A stretch of DNA of 64,000 nt from Candidatus Magasanikiibacteriota bacterium (GCA_016207245.1 JACQQA010000005.1:68-64067), one strand, 5' to 3'. Numbered from the stretch's first letter, positions 49,052 through 59,649 are shown. The notes: a model not told the origin generated them from the letters alone. Program-made: numbers and translations.

Positions 49052-49381
49052 ATGCCGAATTTTTCATCTTTAGGTGACACATTATCATTTTTCACTGTAG
49101 TCGTAGCGTTGATAGGTTGTATCTTCTTTTTGAAGGAACAGAAATCAAAAGTGGCCGATGGCCAAACTTCTGTCGATCTATTTAAAGGAAAAGAATTATT
49201 ACTGGTTTGGATATTTTGTCTACTTTTTCCGATAATTAACGGCACAGTATTGTATTATGGTTTGAAGAAAAAGTTGCCGCAGAAAGCGAAACAGGCAAAT
49301 AAGATTAGTTGGTTGGCGCTGGTTGTGGTGTTGGTATTTAAATATTTTTTCGATATGTACGTATTGGGGGGTAATTATTAA
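49052..49381 (+). CDS. hypothetical small membrane protein
   Basis: 109 aa with three hydrophobic helices. Confidence 0.45.
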   Translation: MPNFSSLGDTLSFFTVVVALIGCIFFLKEQKSKVADGQTSVDLFKGKELLLVWIFCLLFPIINGTVLYYGLKKKLPQKAKQANKISWLALVVVLVFKYFFDMYVLGGNY

Positions 49382-49390
49382 TTTAGGCGT

Positions 49391-49735
49391 ATGAGATCAT
49401 TATATGCCTGGTTTGTGGGTCTGTTTGTCTTTTTGGCCAGTGCACAATCGGCATATGCCGCGCAGTGTACATTGAATGGCAAAGAAGTTCCCTGCGGTGA
49501 GATGCCGCCGTGGTTTTGGGGAGTGACGGTAATCTTATCCGTAATCGGGGTCGCAGGTTTCGTGTTTTGGTTGTGGATGCTGGTAGACGCTATAAAGCAC
49601 GAAAAAGAAAACAAAACTATGTGGGTAGTGTTGTTGATTTTTTTGAACCTGTTGGGCGCCATAATTTATTATGTTGTGGCAAAAAGGAAACGACCAAAAA
49701 TCTCAGATCAAGGGGAACAAAAGACCGGCACATAG
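49391..49735 (+). CDS. PLDc_N (PF13396-like) small membrane protein
   Basis: 114 aa. WLWMLVDAIKHEKENKTMWVVLLIFLNLLGAIIYYVV. Confidence 0.6.
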   Translation: MRSLYAWFVGLFVFLASAQSAYAAQCTLNGKEVPCGEMPPWFWGVTVILSVIGVAGFVFWLWMLVDAIKHEKENKTMWVVLLIFLNLLGAIIYYVVAKRKRPKISDQGEQKTGT

Positions 49736-49786
49736 CCGGCCTTTTTTATTTCTTTTTTTTTCGTTTTGGGGTAGACTATTGATAGT

Positions 49787-50737
49787 ATGCATGATGAAAT
49801 TCAGCAATCAACTTTACAGACGCTGGCCTATTTTGATATTTTTGATTATTCGTTGACGAAAGAAGAGACGCGCAGATACTTGTATCGCGTTGATAACGCA
49901 GATATTGATATCAGCTGTTTTGATTTAGTGAAGCATTTAAAACAACTTCAACAATTACAACATATTCAACATCGCCACGGTTTCTATTTTTTGCCAGGAC
50001 GGGAAGCGATTGTCGCGGCGAGGCAGGATAAAGTTAAAATCATTGAACAGAAAATGAAAATCGCCGTGAAGGGAATTAAGAAAATCCGTTGGGCGCCGTT
50101 TATTCGCGCGGTTTTTGTCTGCAACACGGTCGCCGGCGGCTTCGCTGACGAGAAAAGCGATATTGATGTTTTTGTGGTAGTCAGGGCGGGACGGATTTGG
50201 CTGGCGCGCGCGTTGGCCACGCTGATTTTGAGCGTGTTTAGAGTGCGGAGAACAAAAACAAAAATTAATAATCGGATTTGTTTGAGTTTTTATGTGACGG
50301 AGGATAATTTGAATTTGGAAAAAGTGGCGATTAAAGACGATGTTTATTTAAAATACTGGCTGGCGCAATTGATTCCGGTTTACGACCCGGACAATCTGTT
50401 GGCGGAAATTCAACGCGCGAATGTTTGGGCGAGCAAGTCGTTGCCCAACGCATTTACTCCGTTTCAGCCGGTTTCACGCTGGCAAGTTAAAGATGGCCGA
50501 CTGTCAATTGCCGTCAAGCGCGTTTTGGAAAAAATGTGGGGCGGCGGATACGGCGATCTGATGGAAGCGCAGGCGCGCGGGATGCAGAAAGCGCGGATGG
50601 CGCTGAATTTTATGAGCGCGCAAAACGAACCGGATACGCGGGTTGTGGTTAATGATAAAATGCTTAAATTTCATGAGGGAGATAGGAGGGAAGAATATAG
50701 AGAGGAGTGGCGAAGACGTATGGCGACGAGGGCGTAG
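49787..50737 (+). CDS. hypothetical protein with Pol-beta-type nucleotidyltransferase-like motif
   Basis: 316 aa. GGFADEKSDIDVFVV resembles the GS..D.D nucleotidyltransferase signature. This is a weak call. Confidence 0.4.
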   Translation: MHDEIQQSTLQTLAYFDIFDYSLTKEETRRYLYRVDNADIDISCFDLVKHLKQLQQLQHIQHRHGFYFLPGREAIVAARQDKVKIIEQKMKIAVKGIKKIRWAPFIRAVFVCNTVAGGFADEKSDIDVFVVVRAGRIWLARALATLILSVFRVRRTKTKINNRICLSFYVTEDNLNLEKVAIKDDVYLKYWLAQLIPVYDPDNLLAEIQRANVWASKSLPNAFTPFQPVSRWQVKDGRLSIAVKRVLEKMWGGGYGDLMEAQARGMQKARMALNFMSAQNEPDTRVVVNDKMLKFHEGDRREEYREEWRRRMATRA

Positions 50738-50804
50738 GACATAGGGCGTAAGACGTAGGCGAAGTTAAGTCCTACGTCCTACGGCGTATGTCATAAGTCT
50801 TACT

Positions 50805-52313
50805 ATGATATTTCAAACAAAGAGAATTGATTTAGAATCCACTCTCTGTTTTTTTCTAAAGAGCTTCTTATTCCTGTTTCCTTGGCAGACGATCTGGATT
50901 TATCGCGAGATTTTCGTTAACGGAGTGAAAATGGAATACGCGACACTGGGTTTTTATGCGACGGAGATTTTGTTGTGGGCGGCGGTTTTGTTGTTTATTG
51001 TTTGGTACTGGAAAAAATGGAAAAGGGAAAAATCAAAATGGAAAATACGATTTCGGTTGACCAAAGATAGGATTTTCATCACCGCGTGTTTATCTCTTAT
51101 CTCTTATCTTTTTATCTCCATTGTTTGGTCTCCGGATAAATCTTTGGCTTTACAGCAATCTTTGCGCGTCATGGAAGCGTTCCTGTTGTTTTTTATATTC
51201 ACTCTCGGCCCACTGAAGTTCAACGAGGCGGTGAAGTGGTTGGCTTTGGGCGCGGTTCTGCCGAGCATGTTGGGCATTTGGCAGTTTTTTTCTCAATCAA
51301 CTTTCGCTTTCAAGTGGTTGGGGTTGGCCGAGCATATTGTCTCAAACCCGGGCGCTTCGGTGATTGTCGGGGATGAAATCGGCCGTTGGCTAAGGTCGTA
51401 TGGGCCGTTCGCGCATCCGAATGTGTTGGGGGGATATGCGGCTATGGTAATTGTTTTGATGCTGCTAAAATTAAAAGACTGTAAGGCTTGTCCTGAGCAG
51501 AGCCGAAGGACTGAAAGATTACCATTTTATTTATTTATCTCTTATCTTTTATCTCTTATCTTTATTATTTCCGTTATTTTTTTCTCTTTCAGCCGGTCGG
51601 CGTTGTTGGCCTTGATAATTATTATATTGTTAAATTGTTATATTGTTTTTAAACAGAAAAAATTTTCTTATCTTCCTTCGGCTGCCCTCGATTCCCCTCG
51701 GGACGGGTCGCTCAGGACAAGCCTATCTCTTATCTCCTGCCTGATTTTACCAATTATTATTCTATCCGTTCTTTTATTCCCCGCGCTGAAGACTCGTGTC
51801 ACCGTGTCTTCCTCGTATGAAGTCGCTTCGGTTGTCGAACGCGCGCAAGGATTTAACGAGGGTTGGGAAATTTTTAAAGACAACAAATGGCTCGGAGTCG
51901 GCGCCGGGAATTATATCGCGTATTTGCAAAAAATTGACCCGGATCGCCAATCGTGGGAATACCAGCCGGTACATAACGCGGGTTTACTCTTACTTGCAGA
52001 AATGGGGCTATTTGGCGTGGCGTTATTGTTTTTTGTTTTGTTATCTCTTATCTCTTTTCTCTTTTCTCTTGTTACGAATCAGGAATCACAGGTTGACGCG
52101 TGTAAGCGTAGTAGGAAAATCACTGTGTTCTGTTATCTGCCTGCCCGCCATCGGCTGCGCCATCAGGTGCTGGCAGGCGGGTGTTCTGTATTCTGCTATT
52201 TCGTCCTCGCTTTCTTTGATCACTATTTAATTTCATCATACACCGGATTGATTCTAACCGGTATTTTCTTTGGTTTGGCATTAAAACACAGTCGGGAAGT
52301 TGTCCCCAGTTAA
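50805..52313 (+). CDS. O-antigen ligase / Wzy_C family membrane protein
   Basis: 502 aa, polytopic. FSRSALLAL and HNAGLLLLAEMGLFG blocks. Carries several in-frame repeat words. Confidence 0.75.
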   Translation: MIFQTKRIDLESTLCFFLKSFLFLFPWQTIWIYREIFVNGVKMEYATLGFYATEILLWAAVLLFIVWYWKKWKREKSKWKIRFRLTKDRIFITACLSLISYLFISIVWSPDKSLALQQSLRVMEAFLLFFIFTLGPLKFNEAVKWLALGAVLPSMLGIWQFFSQSTFAFKWLGLAEHIVSNPGASVIVGDEIGRWLRSYGPFAHPNVLGGYAAMVIVLMLLKLKDCKACPEQSRRTERLPFYLFISYLLSLIFIISVIFFSFSRSALLALIIIILLNCYIVFKQKKFSYLPSAALDSPRDGSLRTSLSLISCLILPIIILSVLLFPALKTRVTVSSSYEVASVVERAQGFNEGWEIFKDNKWLGVGAGNYIAYLQKIDPDRQSWEYQPVHNAGLLLLAEMGLFGVALLFFVLLSLISFLFSLVTNQESQVDACKRSRKITVFCYLPARHRLRHQVLAGGCSVFCYFVLAFFDHYLISSYTGLILTGIFFGLALKHSREVVPS

Positions 52314-52370
52314 TCCACCGCGCGTTGAAATTGGTTTGTTTTTAGCCAAGTTTTTTTGTTAATTTTTCTC

Positions 52371-52399
52371 TTGACACTGGTTATTTTATCAAGCATAAT
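52371..52399 (+). promoter_or_regulatory. sigma70 promoter (TTGACA-17-CATAAT) facing the structured RNA locus
   Basis: TTGACA at 52371-52376, a 17-nt spacer, CATAAT at 52394-52399. No protein ORF lies downstream on this strand for about 680 nt. Confidence 0.7.
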
Positions 52400-52405
52400 A
52401 GATGT

Positions 52406-52958
52406 GTAGAACGCAGGGAGCCAACTCGGGGTTGGTGGTCTGCGAATGATGGCGCACCGTTGGATACCAGATTCAAGTCGGGTGGCTTGCGGAAGAAACT
52501 GAATAAGCCCAGGGTTGGCGACAGGCGCGTTGTACGCGGCAGAGATTTCGTGTTACTGACAGGCATCATGAAATCATAACTGCACGGTACTTTGAGCTTG
52601 TCTCCTACTTTGGGCTTTTTTGAATAGTATAGATAAGTCCCGCCATGGCGGGATAAAGCCCGCCTTCGTCCCGCCGTGGCGGGACTACGGCGAGGCAAGG
52701 CCCGCGGGAGGAGAGAAGTTTTCCCCGTATTAGCGGGGAGCTACCCCCCAAACAAAAACCTATCTTATGGGTAGTTTGCACCTCCGGTGCCCCGTGGCAT
52801 AACTTGCTATGTTGGTGAGGCAGATGTTGGTTTCCCGGCCTGCGGCCTAAAAAGTCGTTTCGGCCACAAAAGCTGGACTTGTCGGAAAGACAAAATTCCG
52901 GCCCCATATCTGTTATCTAGAATATGGCAAGCCGCAAAGCCGCGGGGTTTTGTTTTTG
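52406..52958. ncRNA. large structured ncRNA, tentatively RNase P RNA; strand unresolved
   Basis: About 550 nt with no credible ORF, but dense with GC hairpins and a four-way junction (52775-78/52867-70, 52779-82/52814-17, 52820-43, 52844-65). Read on the minus strand, ACAAGUCCAGC, GGGAAACC, CAACAUAGCAAG, CACCGGAGGUGCAAAC..AUAGG and GACUUGAAUCUGGUAUCC resemble RNase P CR-I, L9, CR-II, CR-III and CR-V in the correct order. The promoter, the U-run terminator (52927-52958), a closing helix GGGGUUGG/CCGGCCCC and G-U pairs all favour the plus strand. Confidence 0.45.
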
Positions 52959-53027
52959 TGTAAAAATAGCAATTAACAATTAGCAATTAACAACGAATGC
53001 GGGTGTGGATATGTGGGGGCTTGACAT

Positions 53028-53054
53028 TTATCACTCAATAATATAGAGTGATAA
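53028..53054 (+). promoter_or_regulatory. CIRCE-like HrcA operator overlapping the groES promoter
   Basis: TTATCACTC-N9-GAGTGATAA versus the consensus TTAGCACTC-N9-GAGTGCTAA (one symmetric change). TTGACA at 53021-53026 lies immediately upstream. Confidence 0.8.
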
Positions 53055-53082
53055 AGGATTTACTAATTAATTATTGTGTTTT

Positions 53083-55132
<2,050 letters not shown>

Positions 55133-55180
55133 AATGGACTATGGACAATAGACTATAGACGATAGTTACACAATCCATAA

Positions 55181-55210
55181 AACCGTTTGGCGAGAGCCGG
55201 GCGGTTTTTT
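55181..55210 (+). terminator. rho-independent terminator after groEL
   Basis: AACCGUUUGG-CGAGAG-CCGGGCGGUU hairpin (with G-U pairs) followed by UUUUU. Confidence 0.7.
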
Positions 55211-55289
55211 GTTATCCACATGTATACTGGACAATAATTTTGATTTATATTAAACTATACTTATATATATTATTTTCAATCTTGTTGGT

Positions 55290-56558
55290 ATGAACAAAGA
55301 ACAATTGGTAAAGGTAATAGATTTTTGGCTAAAATCAGCCGAATCAGGTAAACTTTTTCCGCGTGTCCTAACAGAAAAAGTTGATATAAAAAACAAAGAG
55401 GTGGTTGATATAGTCGGACCTAGACGTAGTGGTAAATCATCAGTTTTGAAATTATTGGTACGAAAAGTAAAAGATAGCGGCAGGTGGTTGTATGTTAATT
55501 TTGAGGATCCGTTTTTCGTGGAAAGTAATTACCCGCAGGTGATTGAGGAAATAGTCGAAACATATACCGAGTATTTTGGCGGGGCGCCAAAGTTTTTGTT
55601 TTTTGATGAGATTCAAAGCATAAAAAATTGGGAGACGGCGGTGCGTAAATTACGCGACGACGAACGATTCAAAATTTTTATCACCGGCTCGTCTTCTAAA
55701 TTATTAAGTTCGGAGTTGTCCACGCTTTTATCAGGCAGGCACTTGTCTTATCAGCTTTTGCCGCTGTCTTTTTCCGAATATTTAAGTTTTCACAATGTGG
55801 AAGTTTCGGGCAAGAAAGACATGGTATTAAAGTCGGGTATTTTGTCAAAACATTTTCGTGAGTATCTAAAGCTGGGCGGATTTCCGGAGGCGGTTTTAAG
55901 CGGAAATTTAGAATTGTTGAAGCAGTATTATAATGATATCGTGCAGAAAGACATCGTGGCGCGGTATGATGTGCGCGACAAAGATGTGTTAGAAAAAATG
56001 GGCGTATTTTTATTCAGTAATTCCGCCAAGACACTATCGGTGTCAGCGTTAAGCCGGCTTTATGATCTGTCGCATCAGACCGCCGCGAACTATGGGGAAT
56101 ATTTTAAGGACGCGTTTTTGCTTTTTGATTTATCCCAATTTTCTTATTCTCTGAAAACCACACAAAAAGCGTTTAAGAAAATATATGCGGTTGATACCGG
56201 AATGGCAAACGCGGTATCAATGAGTTTTTCCGAAGATAGAGGCAGGATGCTGGAAAACGCGGTATTTTTGCACCTTAAACGCGTCGGCGGAGAATTATAT
56301 TATTACAAAGAAAAATCGGCGGAAGTTGATTTTGTCGTCAAACGCACGGATGGCAATTTTAATTTGATTCAGGTTTGTTGGGAGTTGGCTGACGCAAAAA
56401 CCAAAGAGCGGGAGGCGGCGTCTTTGGCCACGGCGATGAAAGAATTGCATGTTGCCGAGGCAATGATTTTGACTTTTGATGAAAGCGGCGAGTTGGAATT
56501 GCCAGAGGGCAAGATTCAAATATTACCGGCGTATGCGTTTATTCACTCCTTAATTTAA
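55290..56558 (+). CDS. AAA_14 ATPase with DUF4143 domain
   Basis: 422 aa. Walker A GPRRSGKS and Walker B FLFFDEIQ. The C-terminal restriction-endonuclease-like DUF4143 region is assigned by overall layout only. Confidence 0.7.
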   Translation: MNKEQLVKVIDFWLKSAESGKLFPRVLTEKVDIKNKEVVDIVGPRRSGKSSVLKLLVRKVKDSGRWLYVNFEDPFFVESNYPQVIEEIVETYTEYFGGAPKFLFFDEIQSIKNWETAVRKLRDDERFKIFITGSSSKLLSSELSTLLSGRHLSYQLLPLSFSEYLSFHNVEVSGKKDMVLKSGILSKHFREYLKLGGFPEAVLSGNLELLKQYYNDIVQKDIVARYDVRDKDVLEKMGVFLFSNSAKTLSVSALSRLYDLSHQTAANYGEYFKDAFLLFDLSQFSYSLKTTQKAFKKIYAVDTGMANAVSMSFSEDRGRMLENAVFLHLKRVGGELYYYKEKSAEVDFVVKRTDGNFNLIQVCWELADAKTKEREAASLATAMKELHVAEAMILTFDESGELELPEGKIQILPAYAFIHSLI

Positions 56559-56567
56559 TTAAGCGCT

Positions 56568-57698
56568 ATGGAAATGCACGAATTGGTAAAATCATTGGAA
56601 GCGCTGGATCAAAAGCTTGCTGAAATCAAACTGATGTTAAGGTTGCCGGAAAAAAAGAATGAGATTCAATTATTAGAAGCGGAAGTGAACGCGCCGGGTT
56701 TTTGGTCTGATCAAAAAAAAGCGGTGGAAAAAAGCCAGAAGCTGGGCTGGCTGAAAGAAGAAAAAGAACACTGGGGAAAGCTGTCAAAAGAAATAAAAGA
56801 TTTGTTGGAAATGGCGAAATTAGACGAAGCGGATAAAGAGGTGAATTTGCGGGAAGAAATTGAAAAACAATATCAATCATTAAATAAACAAGTTGGCGAA
56901 TTGGAATTTAATACTTTGATGTCAGAAAAATATGACAGTCAGAACGCTATCGTTGCCATTCACTCCGGCAGTGGAGGAACAGAAGCGCAGGATTGGGCGG
57001 AAATGCTTTTGCGGATGTATTTGAAATATTGCGAGAGCAAAAAATGGAAAACGCAAATGCTGGACGAAACCAGGGGACAGGAGGCAGGCATTAAGTCCGC
57101 GGTATTTAGAGTGGCTGGCGGCGCTCAGGGCGGGTTCGTTTACGGCCATTTGAAGTCAGAACACGGCACGCATCGGCTGGTGCGCGTCTCGCCGTTTGAC
57201 GCGGAAAAAATGCGCCACACTTCGTTCGCGCTGGTTGAGGTAATTCCGGAAATGGAGGAAACGCCGGATATTGATATTGACCCAAAAGATTTACGGATAG
57301 ACACTTTTATGTCCGGCGGAAAAGGCGGACAGAGCGTGAATACCACTTATTCCGCGGTTCGCGTTGTTCATATTCCAACCGGCATCACCGTGCAGTGCCA
57401 AAACGAACGTTCGCAATTGCAAAATAAAGAAACCGCGCTGAAAGTTTTGAAATCAAAATTGCAGAAATTAAAAGATGAAAAAGAGGATGAGGAAAAACAA
57501 AAACTCCGCGGGGAATACAAAAGCCCGGAATGGGGGAGCCAGATTCGTTCTTATGTTTTGCATCCGTATCATTTGGTCAAAGATTTGCGGACGGATTATG
57601 AGACAACGGATGATAAGAGTGTGTTGGAAGGGGAATTAGATAATTTTGTGGAGGCGTATTTGAGATGGCTTCGCACACATCATCACATCACCACTTAA
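56568..57698 (+). CDS. prfB: peptide chain release factor 2 (single uninterrupted ORF)
   Basis: 376 aa. SPF tripeptide (RVSPFDA) and GGQ (SGGKGGQSVNTT). No in-frame UGA frameshift site. Confidence 0.93.
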   Translation: MEMHELVKSLEALDQKLAEIKLMLRLPEKKNEIQLLEAEVNAPGFWSDQKKAVEKSQKLGWLKEEKEHWGKLSKEIKDLLEMAKLDEADKEVNLREEIEKQYQSLNKQVGELEFNTLMSEKYDSQNAIVAIHSGSGGTEAQDWAEMLLRMYLKYCESKKWKTQMLDETRGQEAGIKSAVFRVAGGAQGGFVYGHLKSEHGTHRLVRVSPFDAEKMRHTSFALVEVIPEMEETPDIDIDPKDLRIDTFMSGGKGGQSVNTTYSAVRVVHIPTGITVQCQNERSQLQNKETALKVLKSKLQKLKDEKEDEEKQKLRGEYKSPEWGSQIRSYVLHPYHLVKDLRTDYETTDDKSVLEGELDNFVEAYLRWLRTHHHITT

Positions 57699-57729
57699 TC
57701 ACATCATCACTTTTGCGATACTTACGACT

Positions 57730-58371
57730 ATGCAGATATTAAAATTAGATAGTTTGGATTTTTCTGATGTTGTTGAAAAATTAAGAAACGGTTTTACGAT
57801 TGTCTATCCAACGGAAACCTGCTATGGTTTGGGTTGCGACGCGAGGAATAACGAAGCGGTGGAGAAAGTGGCGAAAATAAAACAGCGCCCGCCTTCGTCC
57901 AGATTTGGTCAGGACTGCGGCGTGGCAAGCAAGCCGTTTTTGGTGGTGGTTCCTGACGCGGCGATGGCTTTGCGGTATTTAGAATGGAGTCCGAAACTGC
58001 AAGAGTTAGCGGATAAGTATTGGCCCGGAGCTCTTACGATTGTCGCGCTCGCCAAGGATAACTGCGGTTTAGCGTCCGGAGTGGTTGCGGCTGACGGCAC
58101 CGTCGCTTTCCGCGTTACCAGTCATCCGATTGCCGCGCGATTGAGCCGTGAATTAGACGCGCCGTTGGTATCCACTTCCGCCAACATTTCCGGACAAGAA
58201 CAGCCATACAGCGTTGAAGCGGTTCAGCGATATTTTGCCAGTCAGCCAAACCAGCCGGATATTATTATTGACGCCGGCGAATTGCCGCAACGCGCGCCGT
58301 CAACGATTGTGAGAGTGGTGGATGGGAAAGTGGAGGTGGTGAGAGAGGGAGAAGTCGTGGTTAATTTTTAA
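57730..58371 (+). CDS. tsaC: L-threonylcarbamoyladenylate synthase (TsaC/YrdC family)
   Basis: 213 aa. YPTETCYGLGCDA, KPFLVVV, LTIV, STSANISG. Probable repeat-derived insert RPPSSRFGQDCGVAS. Confidence 0.85.
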   Translation: MQILKLDSLDFSDVVEKLRNGFTIVYPTETCYGLGCDARNNEAVEKVAKIKQRPPSSRFGQDCGVASKPFLVVVPDAAMALRYLEWSPKLQELADKYWPGALTIVALAKDNCGLASGVVAADGTVAFRVTSHPIAARLSRELDAPLVSTSANISGQEQPYSVEAVQRYFASQPNQPDIIIDAGELPQRAPSTIVRVVDGKVEVVREGEVVVNF

Positions 58372-58386
58372 TTTGTAAATCAATTA

Positions 58387-58465
58387 TCTCCCCTCTCGGA
58401 GAGGGGCAGGGGGTGTGTTCACGTGATACGCCAGCACCTCCCTCGCCCTCCTCCGAGGAGGGAAT
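58387..58465. repeat. two G/C palindromic modules shared with 3989-4090
   Basis: tctcccctctcggagaggggcagggggtgtg and cacctccctcgccctcctccgaggagggaat are each the reverse complement of a module inside the 2571-6254 ORF. Confidence 0.8.
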
Positions 58466-58482
58466 TTGTGAACTCCAATTTC

Positions 58483-59391
58483 ATGTTAGATATAACCAAA
58501 CCTTCTGTTTTGCAAGAACTTTGTAAGCAATACAGGCTTACCCCATCCAAGGGCTATGGTCAGAATTTTTTGATTACCGACGCGCCGATTAAAAAGATGA
58601 TTGAAGCCGCGGAATTAAAAGCGAGCGACATCGTCGTTGAAATTGGGCCCGGGTTTGGCGTGTTGACGTTCGCGTTGGCGGAGAGAGTGAAGAAAGTGAT
58701 AGCGTTTGAGATAGAGAGGAAGTTGGCGGGATATTGGAGCGACTTGGAGATAAGAGGAGATAGGGAGATAAATAGAGATAAAATTGAGATAGTGTGGGGT
58801 AACGCGCTTAATAAGATACAAGATACAAGTAACAAGATACAAAAATACAAGGTGATTGCGAATTTGCCGTATCAGATCACTTCTGATGTATTGCGGACGT
58901 TGTTAGAGCTGGAAAACAAGCCGGAGCTAATCGTCATTATGGTTCAGAAAGAAGTGGCGGAGAGAATTTGCGCTCAGCCCCCTTCGGCTCGCCATACTCG
59001 CTCAGGGCAGGCAGGCAACATGAGTCTGTTGTCAGTCGCGGTGCAGTATTATGGGGAGCCAAAGATTATTGCCAAAGTACCGGCCGGGAGTTTTTGGCCG
59101 AGACCGAAAGTGGAGAGCGCGATTGTGCGAATCACTTTATCACGTGATCACTGCATCACCACATCACTACATCACGACGACGAGAGAGAAAGAGAATTTT
59201 TTAGAGTTGTTAGAGCTGGGTTCGCGCAAAAGAGGAAACAGTTGTGGAATAATTTGGCGAAGGGATTAAAATTGGACGGCGGCAAAGTTAAGGCGGTTTT
59301 GCGCGAGGTGGTGGGAAATGAGAAAGTGAGGGCGGAGGAGGTGAGTGTTGAGGAGTGGAGAGTGATAGTTGGAAAGTTAGAAAGTTTTTAA
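58483..59391 (+). CDS. rsmA: 16S rRNA (adenine1518/1519-N6)-dimethyltransferase RsmA/KsgA
   Basis: GQNFL, VVEIGPGFGVLT and NLPYQITS. ATG at 58483. Contains at least three repeat-word inserts. Confidence 0.9.
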   Translation: MLDITKPSVLQELCKQYRLTPSKGYGQNFLITDAPIKKMIEAAELKASDIVVEIGPGFGVLTFALAERVKKVIAFEIERKLAGYWSDLEIRGDREINRDKIEIVWGNALNKIQDTSNKIQKYKVIANLPYQITSDVLRTLLELENKPELIVIMVQKEVAERICAQPPSARHTRSGQAGNMSLLSVAVQYYGEPKIIAKVPAGSFWPRPKVESAIVRITLSRDHCITTSLHHDDEREREFFRVVRAGFAQKRKQLWNNLAKGLKLDGGKVKAVLREVVGNEKVRAEEVSVEEWRVIVGKLESF

Positions 59392-59416
59392 AGAGGCAGT
59401 TGATTGTGACGGGCTT

Positions 59417-59524
59417 CTGTCATTGCGAGGACCCCGCCATTGCGGGGGACGAAGCAATCCAGCAATCGCATGAGAGCGCAATAACGGTGTGGATTGCTTC
59501 GCCTGCGACGGCTCGCAATGACAG
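59417..59524. repeat. 108-nt nested palindromic (MITE-like) element
   Basis: ctgtcattgcgag...ctcgcaatgacag outer arms, gaagcaatcc...ggattgcttc inner arms, and a ccccgccattgcgggg hairpin. Confidence 0.8.
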
Positions 59525-59649
59525 TAGAATTCGTATGTATCTTGTTATCTGTATTTTGCATTCTGTCGCCGAAGTTATCCCCACGCAATCTTATTTTATT
59601 GCCTCCGCGGGCTTTTTTTGTTATAATAACCTCACAATTAAACAACCGC

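Noticed and set aside
52406-52958. tmRNA (ssrA), suggested by GGGGCCGG at one end and ...GACCACCA near the other on the minus strand
   Set aside because: The two ends do not form an acceptor stem with the G3:U70 pair. No T-arm with a UUC-type loop abuts it, and no tag-like reading frame ending in hydrophobic-Ala-Ala plus stop could be found on either strand. I also tried a permuted two-piece arrangement without success.
56568-56700. Programmed +1 frameshift site in prfB
   Set aside because: The reading frame is continuous from the ATG. No in-frame TGA or CTT-TGA-C motif occurs in the first 40 codons.
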